From positions 1 to 64,000 of the forward strand of contig JANPJS010000045.1 of NCBI GenBank assembly GCA_031425655.1: a DNA stretch of 64,000 bases. Direction: 5' to 3'. Under the pieces are notes generated by a model that had not been told where the DNA came from, did no database searches, and saw nothing but the letters and a program-made list of their open reading frames with translations. The stretch is from Abditibacteriaceae bacterium (GTDB lineage: Bacteria > Armatimonadota > Abditibacteriia > Abditibacteriales > Abditibacteriaceae). The position numbers were made by a program, and so were the translations under genes. Shown one piece after another: positions 29,327 through 37,813 of the stretch (position 1 is the stretch's first letter; the number at the start of each line of letters is the position of its first letter).

Positions 29327-30886
29327 TTAAACAGCCTCCAGCGGAATTATGCCTTCCACGAGGCGATGTTCGGGAAAGTCTTCGGCGTCGTCGAACAAAT
29401 AGCGCCAGCAAAACGAATAACGGCGCGGGTCTTTTTCAAAAGTGCCGGTGTGAACGCAGCATTGCCGCAGGCGGGCCGAGTGCAGCGTGTGCGCGTCCAT
29501 GAACATTTTGACCGTGATGCGAAACGTCTTCTCGGCGGTTTTTTCCAGCATCGAATCGCTCCAATCGCGCGCCGGACGCCATAATTCCAGCAATTCCGGC
29601 AGGCCCGCGACACAGCCGCACAAACGCGATAAATCGCGCGCCAGTTGCGGCGCGCCAAGCGGCAGTTGCTCTGAGAAAACGCGCGCAAGGGCGCCCGAAC
29701 GCAGCATTTCTTTGAGCGAATCGGAGGCGCTTTCAAAAGAAATCGTGTTGGCGAAAAGGTGCAGCCACGATTTCAATTCGTCGCGCCCGATAAGCTGTGG
29801 CAACGATTTCCAGCCGTTGCGGGTTTGCAAAAGATAGGTAATATCGCAGCAATCGCGGTGCGAGCAGGGCAAAGGTATGAAATCGTCGCCGCGCAATAAA
29901 CCGTCGCTTTGAGCTTCCAATCGCCGCAAAACGCCGGTCGGCGTGAGGCGGTTTTGTGGGTCGTAAGCCACGGCGCGGCCCGAACCGAACATCGGCTGAA
30001 TCGCCAAGCCGGAACAATGCGGCGTGTCCAAACCGAGTTGCACGACGGCGCCCAATTCGTCGTCGTTGACGCCCTGTGCGGCTGTCATTACTAACGTCGT
30101 CCACACGCCGGCTTTGCTTAATCGCTGCAAAGCGCGCAATTTTTCTGCGGCCACGTCGTCGCCGCGCAAAGTGAGATAAGTTTGTGGTCGCAAGCCATCG
30201 AATTGCAGGTAAATCTCGATTTTCCTGCGATGTTTTTGCAAGAATTGCAGGAATTTATCGTCGCGCGCGATGCGGCGCCCGTTGGTGTTGATGAGAATGC
30301 GCGTGATCGGCAAATCGCTCAGCGATTCGATGACTTGCGGCAAATCTTCGCGCACGGTTGGCTCGCCGCCCGACAGCATCAGCACGCCCAATTTGCCGTT
30401 TTCGCGCGCCAACATGGTTTCGACGGTGCGGCGGATTTCGTCAATCGAAGGATGCTCCGGCTGCGGCGAGGGCGTGCCGGGCGCAAGCGCCGAAGCGTAG
30501 CACGCCGGGCACGAATAATTGCAGCGAGCCGTGACGTTGAGCAGCAAAATGCAGGTGTGTTGGCCGTGCGAGGCCGGCAAACCGTCGCGGTAGGCGTCGG
30601 GAAAGGCGCCGAAATTATCGGCGCGATCCGGCGTGACACGAAGCGTCGGCGCACTCCAACCTTGCCGGGCGCGCCACAATTCGGCGTCTTCTTCGTAAAG
30701 CGATTCGCTTTCGCCGTGCGAAGCACAAAAGCGGCGCATCCAGACTTTGCCTTCTCGGCTCACCAGCATTCCGTCTTTCCAAATATCGGCTTCATCCGAG
30801 CGCCGTGCGCGTTCGGCGAAGCATTGCGGGCAAACCGTGGTTGTGTATTCTTCGATGAGATAATCGCGCGGCGGCATTCCAATCAT
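29327..30886 (-). CDS. Radical SAM protein (Tes/MJ0619-like architecture)
   Basis: N-terminal 'CPQC...C..HG'; 'CNYSCPAC'; 'LSGGEPT'; 'INTNG'; 'IYLQFDG'; C-terminal 'CC...FC'. Confidence 0.85.
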   Translation of the reverse strand: MIGMPPRDYLIEEYTTTVCPQCFAERARRSDEADIWKDGMLVSREGKVWMRRFCASHGESESLYEEDAELWRARQGWSAPTLRVTPDRADNFGAFPDAYRDGLPASHGQHTCILLLNVTARCNYSCPACYASALAPGTPSPQPEHPSIDEIRRTVETMLARENGKLGVLMLSGGEPTVREDLPQVIESLSDLPITRILINTNGRRIARDDKFLQFLQKHRRKIEIYLQFDGLRPQTYLTLRGDDVAAEKLRALQRLSKAGVWTTLVMTAAQGVNDDELGAVVQLGLDTPHCSGLAIQPMFGSGRAVAYDPQNRLTPTGVLRRLEAQSDGLLRGDDFIPLPCSHRDCCDITYLLQTRNGWKSLPQLIGRDELKSWLHLFANTISFESASDSLKEMLRSGALARVFSEQLPLGAPQLARDLSRLCGCVAGLPELLELWRPARDWSDSMLEKTAEKTFRITVKMFMDAHTLHSARLRQCCVHTGTFEKDPRRYSFCWRYLFDDAEDFPEHRLVEGIIPLEAV

Positions 30887-30901
30887 GGCTACAATTTTAG
30901 T

Positions 30902-31441
30902 GTGAAACGAACGTGGATGCTGTTTATCATCGCGGCGATAATTGGAAGCGGCGTGTTCTGGCTGCGCCGCGCGCCGAATCCATCGTGGCCTGTGCCTGCG
31001 CCGCTTCCGCTGCGTTTAACTCTGCCTTACGGCATGGCGCCGCCGGCTTTTAAGGCGTTCGTGCGCGCTTGTCATCGCGCGAAAATTCATCCGTGGCGCA
31101 TCGGGCAAACCATCGGCGAGCATCCACTGTCGGTGGGCTACCATCGTCAAGACGGCGTGTGGCGGCTGAATAAAATGCCGTTCGATTATTGCGCCGCCGT
31201 GGATTTAGGCACCAGCGACCTCAACGAAACGCAGATTAAGGTATTTCTCGAAGAGTTGGCGAAGCAGGGATTTGCGTCCTTTTATCGTCACGGAGGCAAA
31301 TGGAAAGGCCGCGAGCATATTCACGCGATTTACGCGCTACTGCCGATGAAAATTCAACTGCGCCGCCAAGTGCGCGAATTTTTGCGCGAGCGCCGCGCCG
31401 CGAAGAAGCCGAATTTGAAGTGGGCGAAACGCTGGCGCTAA
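30902..31441 (+). CDS. Hypothetical membrane-anchored protein
   Basis: GTG start shortly after a TACAAT -10-like box; N-terminal TM; 'GYH..DG', 'AVDL', 'EHIHAIY' His motifs. Confidence 0.65.
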   Translation: MKRTWMLFIIAAIIGSGVFWLRRAPNPSWPVPAPLPLRLTLPYGMAPPAFKAFVRACHRAKIHPWRIGQTIGEHPLSVGYHRQDGVWRLNKMPFDYCAAVDLGTSDLNETQIKVFLEELAKQGFASFYRHGGKWKGREHIHAIYALLPMKIQLRRQVREFLRERRAAKKPNLKWAKRWR

Positions 31442-31502
31442 ACCGACGGGTTTCGCTTTGTTTTTGGTTTCAGCGCGGTTAAAATCAGCGCAGGAGAACG
31501 AA

Positions 31503-32765
31503 ATGAATCATTTAAAACATCCCTTGTTGATGGCCGGTGTGGCGCTTCTGCTTGCGGCTGAAATCGGGCACGCGCGTTGGATAAAGGTCACCGAACCTGT
31601 TCCCGTTGATCGTCTGGCCGCAAACGTAGCGCGCTATGTGAAAGAGCATCCGGCGGACGCCGAAGGCTATTACACGCTGGGGCGTATTCACAGCCTCGCC
31701 TTCGCGCGCGGCACGGCAACCGTTGAGGTGATTCCCGCCGGTAGCAAATATAAGCGGGAAAAGCCGGAATTGCCGGGCTTTGCCGGTTACGATTCGGTGC
31801 AGGTGCGACGGGAAAAATCGGAGGCGCCGCTCAGTGACGCGCTTGTGGCGCATTTGAAAGCCTCCGTAGCCAACTACGCCAAAGCCAGCGAGTTGGCGCC
31901 CACGAACGCGCTTTATCTGTTGGGTTACGGCTGGATGTTGGAGCAAGGCGCGCCTTATGCCTCCAAAATCGGCGCGCCGTGGGACGATAATCGGAAAAAG
32001 CAGGCCGAAGTCAAATCGGCGGATTGGCTGGAAAAGTCTTTGGCCGTTTATCGAAAAGCCTTTGATCTGACTGTTGAATCCGACGCCGGTAGAATGAGGG
32101 GGCCAAAGGCAGATAGCGCGATCAGTATCGAAGCTGGGCAGGGCATTTTTCGCATATATGGTGTTTCTCAGCACCCCTCTGAGGCCGACCAAAAGAAGAC
32201 GGATGCGGAAATGCAGGAAATCACCCGCGTGCGCGTCGGCTTCGCCAAAGTGATCGTTAGGCCGACGGCAGTCACGCCGATTATCGTGCCGCTGGGCCGC
32301 GAAACGTCGCTGCGCGGCCTGCTGGCGCCGGGCAAAAGCGTGAGATTCGATTTAGCCGGCGATGGTTTGGGAAAGCGTTGGCCGTGGGTAAAGCCGGACA
32401 CCGGCATTCTGGTGTGGGATCCGCAGCAGAGCGGGAAAATCACCTCCGGGCGGCAATTATTCGGCTCGGTAACGTGGTGGATTTTCTGGAAAAACGGCTA
32501 CGATGCGCTGGCCGCCCTCGACAACGACGGAAACGGTCTTTTAACCGGACGCGAACTGGATGGCATTTCAATCTGGCGCGATGGCAACGGCAACGGCGTT
32601 TCTGATTTCGGCGAAGTCAAGTCGCTCGAAGAGTGGGACATCCGCGCCATTGCAACGCGCGCCAGTCGGAAAATTGAAGGCGTGCCTGCCAATCTGCGCG
32701 GCTGCCTCCGCAGCGACGGCACATGGCTGCCAACCTACGATTGGACGCCGCAATCGCTGGATTGA
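31503..32765 (+). CDS. Secreted protein with TPR-like N-half and Ca-binding/EF-hand-like C-terminal domain
   Basis: AGGAG RBS; signal peptide; 'TPIIVPL...FDLAGDG...W...D.G.LVWD...G.ITSG.QLFG', 'DNDGNG', 'DGNGNG'. Confidence 0.75.
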   Translation: MNHLKHPLLMAGVALLLAAEIGHARWIKVTEPVPVDRLAANVARYVKEHPADAEGYYTLGRIHSLAFARGTATVEVIPAGSKYKREKPELPGFAGYDSVQVRREKSEAPLSDALVAHLKASVANYAKASELAPTNALYLLGYGWMLEQGAPYASKIGAPWDDNRKKQAEVKSADWLEKSLAVYRKAFDLTVESDAGRMRGPKADSAISIEAGQGIFRIYGVSQHPSEADQKKTDAEMQEITRVRVGFAKVIVRPTAVTPIIVPLGRETSLRGLLAPGKSVRFDLAGDGLGKRWPWVKPDTGILVWDPQQSGKITSGRQLFGSVTWWIFWKNGYDALAALDNDGNGLLTGRELDGISIWRDGNGNGVSDFGEVKSLEEWDIRAIATRASRKIEGVPANLRGCLRSDGTWLPTYDWTPQSLD

Positions 32766-32769
32766 ATGT

Positions 32770-32809
32770 TTAACCGCCAAGACGCCAAGGACGCCAAGAA
32801 TTGTGAGGG
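32770..32809 (+). repeat. Left 40-bp inverted repeat of the GxxExxY element
   Basis: TTAACCGCCAAGACGCCAAGGACGCCAAGAATTGTGAGGG. Confidence 0.95.
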
Positions 32810-32812
32810 ATA

Positions 32813-33196
32813 ATGGAACCAGGAAGTGAATTGGATTTGCTGGCGAGAGCCGTAATTGGTGCGGCCATCGAAGTGCATCGTCAGCTTGGCCCCGGTTTTC
32901 TGGAATCGGTTTATGAGCAGGCGTTGGCGATTGAGTTCGCAGAACGTGGCCTTTCCTTCGCCCGACAAGTGGAAATCGCGGTGAATTATAAGGGGCAGCG
33001 AGTGGGCGAAGGGCGTTTGGATTTTCTGGTCGGTGGACTGCTCATCATAGAATTGAAAGCGGTCGAATCTTTAGCGCCCATTCATACAGCCCAAGTTCTC
33101 TCATATCTCAAAACTACCGGGTTTCAACTCGGCTTGCTCATCAACTTCAATGTTCCGGTGCTTAAACAAGGCTTGCGCCGCGTCATTCTTTCTTAG
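32813..33196 (+). CDS. GxxExxY protein (PD-(D/E)XK nuclease-like)
   Basis: 'VHRQLGPGFLESVYE', 'RLDFLV', 'IIELKA', 'AQVLSYLK', 'GLLINF'. Confidence 0.95.
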   Translation: MEPGSELDLLARAVIGAAIEVHRQLGPGFLESVYEQALAIEFAERGLSFARQVEIAVNYKGQRVGEGRLDFLVGGLLIIELKAVESLAPIHTAQVLSYLKTTGFQLGLLINFNVPVLKQGLRRVILS

Positions 33197-35130
33197 CCCT
33201 CGCAATTCTTGGCGTCCTTGGCGTCTTGGCGGTTAACCAGCTTGAAATAGACCGTTGCCAGCGGCGGAAGCGTGACTTCGATGGAATAAGGCAGGCCGTG
33301 CCACGACTGTTCCTGCGATTCGACGCCGCCCAAATTGCCGACGTTTCCGCCCCAGTAGAGCGCCGAATCGGTGTTTAACAATTCGCGGTAAAAGCCGGGC
33401 TGCGGCACGCCGATGCGATAATGGTCGCGCGCAATTGGCGTGAAATTGGAAATCACAATCAGCGAATCGCTTTTGTCGGCGTCGTGGCGCATGAAAGAAA
33501 CGGTGCAGTTTTCGGTATCGCTGCCGTCAATCCACGAAAAACCTTCGCGCTTGAAATCCACTTCGTAAAGCGCCGGCTCGCTTTTCAGCAGCCGATTCAA
33601 TTCTTGCACCAGCCGTTGCACGCCCTGATGGCTGGACGCGGAAAGCGCATCCCATTCAAGCTGAGTGGCAAAAGCCCATTCCTGCCATTGGCCGAATTCT
33701 CCGCCCATGAAAAGCAGTTTTTTGCCGGGATGCGCCCACATAAAGCCCAAATACGCGCGCAAATTGGCGAATTGCTGCCATTCGTCGCCCGGCATTTTAC
33801 CCAGCAGCGAACGCTTGAGATGCACCACTTCATCGTGCGAAAGCGGCAGCACGAAGTTTTCGTTGAACGAGTAGTGCAGGCTGTAAGTGATTTCGCTTTG
33901 GTGCCAGCGGCGGTGAATCGGCTCGTATTTTATGTATTTCAGGCTGTCGTTCATCCAGCCCATGTTCCACTTCATGCTGAAGCCTAAGCCTCCGACATAA
34001 GTCGGCATCGTAACCATCGGCCACGAGGTGGATTCTTCAGCGATGGTTAGCGTGCCGGGAAAAAGGCCGTGCGCGGCTTCGTTCATTTTCTGCAAAAACG
34101 AAATCGCGCCCAGATTTTCGCGTCCGCCGTGCGCGTTGGGCATCCAGTCGCCGCCTTCGCGCGAATAATCGAGATACAGCATCGAAGCCACGGCGTCCAC
34201 GCGCAGGCCGTCGAAGTGATACTTTTCCAGCCAGAAAAGCGCGTTTGACAGCAAAAACGAGCGCACTTCGCAGCGTTCGTAGTTGAAGATTAAAGTGCCC
34301 CAATCAACGTGTTCACCCTGACGCGGATCGGCGTGCGAATATAAGTGCGTGCCGTCGAAATAATTGAGGCCGGAGCCGTCTTTGGGAAAGTGCGCCGGCA
34401 CCCAGTCAAGCAAAACGCCGATGCCTTCCTGATGGCACTGGTCAATGAAATACATTAAGTCTTGCGGCGTGCCGAAACGGCTGGTCGGCGCGAAAAATCC
34501 CAGCACTTGATAGCCCCACGATTGGTCGAAGGGAAACTCCAAAATCGGCAGAAATTCGATGTGCGTGAAGCCCATTTCCTTAACATAAGGGATGAGTTCA
34601 TCCGCCATTTCGCGGTAAGTGAGATAACGCCGGCCCCATTGTTCGTCGTGTTTGGTGCGCCACGAGCCGAGATGCACTTCGTAAATCGAAAGCGGCTGAT
34701 CGAGTGCTTGATGCTTCGCGCGATTAGCGACCCACGCGGCGTCGTTCCATTGATACGAATCGAGTTTGGCCACGACCGAACCGGTGCGAGGCCGCTGTTC
34801 CATCGCAAAACCATACGGATCGCATTTATCGTAGCCTTCGCCGCTCGCGCCGATGACGCGATATTTATAAACCGCGTGTTCGCCCAAACCGGGCATAAAC
34901 AGCGTCCAGATGCCGCCCGTTCCCGGCGTCATCGGGTGACTGCTGTTATTCCATTCGTTGAACTCGCCGAAGAGAAACACCTGCTGCGCGTTGGGCGCCC
35001 AGACCGAAAACCGCACGCCGTCTTTGCCGCCGTGTTGCGTGATATGCGCGCCCATTTTGTCGTAGATGCGCTCGTGCGTGCCTTCGCCAAAAAGGTGCAG
35101 GTCGAGATCGGTAAACCAAGAGTTTTTCAT
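33193..35130 (-). CDS. glgB: 1,4-alpha-glucan branching enzyme
   Basis: 'FSVWAPNA', 'YEVHLGSW', 'SWGYQ', 'DWVPAHFP', 'RVDAVASM', 'AEEST', 'LSHDEVVH'. Confidence 0.96.
   Translation of the reverse strand: MKNSWFTDLDLHLFGEGTHERIYDKMGAHITQHGGKDGVRFSVWAPNAQQVFLFGEFNEWNNSSHPMTPGTGGIWTLFMPGLGEHAVYKYRVIGASGEGYDKCDPYGFAMEQRPRTGSVVAKLDSYQWNDAAWVANRAKHQALDQPLSIYEVHLGSWRTKHDEQWGRRYLTYREMADELIPYVKEMGFTHIEFLPILEFPFDQSWGYQVLGFFAPTSRFGTPQDLMYFIDQCHQEGIGVLLDWVPAHFPKDGSGLNYFDGTHLYSHADPRQGEHVDWGTLIFNYERCEVRSFLLSNALFWLEKYHFDGLRVDAVASMLYLDYSREGGDWMPNAHGGRENLGAISFLQKMNEAAHGLFPGTLTIAEESTSWPMVTMPTYVGGLGFSMKWNMGWMNDSLKYIKYEPIHRRWHQSEITYSLHYSFNENFVLPLSHDEVVHLKRSLLGKMPGDEWQQFANLRAYLGFMWAHPGKKLLFMGGEFGQWQEWAFATQLEWDALSASSHQGVQRLVQELNRLLKSEPALYEVDFKREGFSWIDGSDTENCTVSFMRHDADKSDSLIVISNFTPIARDHYRIGVPQPGFYRELLNTDSALYWGGNVGNLGGVESQEQSWHGLPYSIEVTLPPLATVYFKLVNRQDAKDAKNCEG
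33197..33236 (-). repeat. Right 40-bp inverted repeat of the GxxExxY element
   Basis: CCCTCGCAATTCTTGGCGTCCTTGGCGTCTTGGCGGTTAA; one mismatch to the left arm. Confidence 0.95.
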
Positions 35131-35131
35131 G

Positions 35132-35166
35132 AAAATTTTGAATTTTGAATTTTGAATTTCGAATTG
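35132..35166. repeat. Heptamer tandem repeat (AATTTTG)n
   Basis: AAAATTTTGAATTTTGAATTTTGAATTTCGAATTG directly upstream of the glgB start. Confidence 0.7.
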
Positions 35167-35227
35167 CGACTCGCACAGAGCGCAGTTCTGTTCTCAATTC
35201 TATCGCGCTATGCAAAGCGCGGCGCGT

Positions 35228-36514
35228 TTAGCGGTTCACGCCGAAGACGAAATCGCCTTTGCTCTTGTCGCTTACTAAAAAGCGACCGGTCGTTGCGGTT
35301 TTGGCGGGATTCTCGATAGCTTTGCCGCCATCGTCTACGGTATCGGGGCCAACGCTCCACAAAACGTAGGTGCTACCTTGCTTTTTGTAGCGCAAACCTT
35401 CGCCGGCGCCAAAGGCATCGGCGGGAACGGCTTGCAGATAATTCGGCACAAGCTGCGTCAGTTTTTCGGGAAACGCGCCCTTTTCGAGTTGGTAAGCGCG
35501 CAAAGCCAAAGCGGTCATCACAAGCGAAGCGCCGGTTTCGGCGCGGGCATCGTTCCAGCGCGCACGAGTGAAAACCGGCTCTAAATCGCCGGTGAGAAAA
35601 TCAACGGGCGGAAGCGGCGTGGATGCCGTGGAATAAGGCTGTTTAGCCGATGCGCTCAGCGCGTCCATATAGGCCAGAAATTCGCGCATCACGCGCCTTC
35701 GGGTGGCTAAACGGAAATGCGGTTTTTTCGTGGCGGCATTGTAGCCGCTGATTTGAAAGGCTAACGATTGTGCCGCGCCGCTTTTCATCATGCCGAGAAT
35801 ATTGGCGGCGACTATCCATTTTTCCTGCTGCAAAACTTCGGAAAACGGCACGCGCCCGGCACGCAGCTTTTCGATTTCGCGCGCGGCGCTGCGGCAGGTT
35901 GCGGCGTCGAGATGCGGCAATAATTCTTGCAAACTTCGCCGTCCGTAAGCCTGCACCGCGTAGCCGACAAGCGTGCCGATAAGTGGCGCGCCGCGTGGAA
36001 TATCGTAGCCGAGATGGAGGCCATCTAAGGCGCTGCGTGTTGCGCCCTTCCAGTCGCCCCGTGCGGCGCGGGCTTCGCTTTCAGCGGCCAGGCTGCGCGC
36101 AAAATCGCGGACGCCCGCATAATGCGAAGGCGGGGGTGTGCCTTTCTGCGGCGGCTCACGATACGCATAAGCGAAACCTTGCCGCAGTAGTTGGAACGCA
36201 CGCTCGTTTTGCTTCAGCCACGCGTTCACTTGCGGTTGGTGCGTGCGATAAATCGGCAAGCGTTGCTCAAAGGGCACGCGCGGGCTGGATGCGATGCCCA
36301 GTGTCTTTTCTAAATCGCCAGAAGTCGAAACTTGCGCTTTAGCGGCTTGCACCACGAAATCGTAGGCGTTGGGTTTGGGTAACGCCACGATGGGAATGTT
36401 GACGGCAGGCATCGCCGTGAAAGCAAACCAACTCCACGCCGCGCCCAGCAGTCCGATGGCGAAGACCGTCATGCAGCCGAACATCCGGATTTCTTTGTGT
36501 GTAAAAGGTTTCAT
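35228..36514 (-). CDS. Membrane-anchored hypothetical protein, paralog 1 of 3 (pseudopilin GspG-like C-terminal motif)
   Basis: N-terminal TM; 'ALRAY.LE.G.FP..L.QLVPNYL...P.D.FG...LRY......LWSVGPD..DDGG'. Confidence 0.8.
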   Translation of the reverse strand: MKPFTHKEIRMFGCMTVFAIGLLGAAWSWFAFTAMPAVNIPIVALPKPNAYDFVVQAAKAQVSTSGDLEKTLGIASSPRVPFEQRLPIYRTHQPQVNAWLKQNERAFQLLRQGFAYAYREPPQKGTPPPSHYAGVRDFARSLAAESEARAARGDWKGATRSALDGLHLGYDIPRGAPLIGTLVGYAVQAYGRRSLQELLPHLDAATCRSAAREIEKLRAGRVPFSEVLQQEKWIVAANILGMMKSGAAQSLAFQISGYNAATKKPHFRLATRRRVMREFLAYMDALSASAKQPYSTASTPLPPVDFLTGDLEPVFTRARWNDARAETGASLVMTALALRAYQLEKGAFPEKLTQLVPNYLQAVPADAFGAGEGLRYKKQGSTYVLWSVGPDTVDDGGKAIENPAKTATTGRFLVSDKSKGDFVFGVNR

Positions 36515-36520
36515 CGTGTT

Positions 36521-37813
36521 TCAACGGTTCTTGCCGTGAACCCAATCGCCTTTGTAAGGCATTTCAACTTCGTTCTCGGCTTCGTCGCCGAAAACATCCT
36601 GCCGCGTGAGTCCGGGGCCGGCATTGCTGCCAACCGGCACGCCTCCGTCATCTTTTTTGTCGGGGCCGATGCTCCATAAAACAAAGTTGTTGCCCTGCTT
36701 TTTATAGCGCAAGCCTTCGCCGCCGCCGAACGGATCAGAGGGAATTTGCGGCAGAGTATTCGGCGTTAATTGCGAAAGCGTGGCGGGATATGCGCCGCTT
36801 TCAAGGTGATAAGCGCGCAAAGCCAGCGCGACGATCAAAAGTGCGGTGCGCGTTTCGGTAGCGGCGTTGTTGAAGCGCGCATTTGCATCGTCCATTGATC
36901 GGCGTTCCATCCACATTCCCAACACGCCTGCGGGCCTTGCCACAGACGGCGCCGTCGCGTAGGGTTTTTTCGCCGCCGCGATGCGCGCGTCGAAATAGCG
37001 CGTTAACTCGTTGAATAATCGCTTTTTGCCCTTGAATTGCACCGGCAGCAGATCCGAGTAAGATGCCGGTGCGCCAAGTTGCCTGAAAATCTGGTCGGCC
37101 CAATCGCGCTGGCGTAGAACGTCTAAAAGCATGAGTTGGTAGAAGTATTTTTGATGTTGAATCTGTTGCCATAAAGGTCGCCGCTGCGTGTGCCATTGAA
37201 AAATGCGACGCGCCGCTGAGCGGCAAAAATTGGCATCGAAGTGAGTTTGAAGCACTTTTAGCTGGCGCGTGCTGCTTTCCCCATTCTGTGTTTTGATGCC
37301 AAATTGAAGCCCCTCTAATGCGCTTTGCGCGGCGCCCTTCCAATCGCCCTGTGCGGCGCGCACGTCGCTTTCCACGCGCAGTGCGTTGGACAAATTGCCG
37401 TAGCCCCGCCACAGCATAAAATTGAACATCGTTTTCGGATCGGCTGGAAATTGATACGGTTTGGGCAAGCCTTCGCGCAACGCTTTCAGGGCCTGCGTGT
37501 TCTGGCTAAGCCACGCTTTTTTGCGCCACAGCGGATACACCCTCGGCCAGTCTTTGCGCGGCACGTTTTTGCGGTCGAACATCGCGTCGAGAGGCGGATT
37601 GCGCGGCGCGGCGACGGCCAGCATGGCGGCGCTGAAGAAATCATCGAAAGCGTTGACGGCTAACGGTGTCTGCGCGGGCATTTCGATTTCGGGCAATTCG
37701 TTGAGCGTGCCCCACCACAGCAACGTGCCCAAAAACGCGCCGGTCAGCAGCACGCAGACGAAAAGAAATCGCTTCTCGGCGCTATCGAAGTGCAGACGGA
37801 TGCGAGTAGCCAT
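36521..37813 (-). CDS. Membrane-anchored hypothetical protein, paralog 2 of 3
   Basis: Same motifs; ATG overlaps the upstream stop (TGATG). Confidence 0.8.
   Translation of the reverse strand: MATRIRLHFDSAEKRFLFVCVLLTGAFLGTLLWWGTLNELPEIEMPAQTPLAVNAFDDFFSAAMLAVAAPRNPPLDAMFDRKNVPRKDWPRVYPLWRKKAWLSQNTQALKALREGLPKPYQFPADPKTMFNFMLWRGYGNLSNALRVESDVRAAQGDWKGAAQSALEGLQFGIKTQNGESSTRQLKVLQTHFDANFCRSAARRIFQWHTQRRPLWQQIQHQKYFYQLMLLDVLRQRDWADQIFRQLGAPASYSDLLPVQFKGKKRLFNELTRYFDARIAAAKKPYATAPSVARPAGVLGMWMERRSMDDANARFNNAATETRTALLIVALALRAYHLESGAYPATLSQLTPNTLPQIPSDPFGGGEGLRYKKQGNNFVLWSIGPDKKDDGGVPVGSNAGPGLTRQDVFGDEAENEVEMPYKGDWVHGKNR

Noticed and set aside
30182..30901. N-terminal part of the 419-aa ORF
   Set aside because: Antisense to the radical SAM gene; the plausible protein starts at GTG 30902
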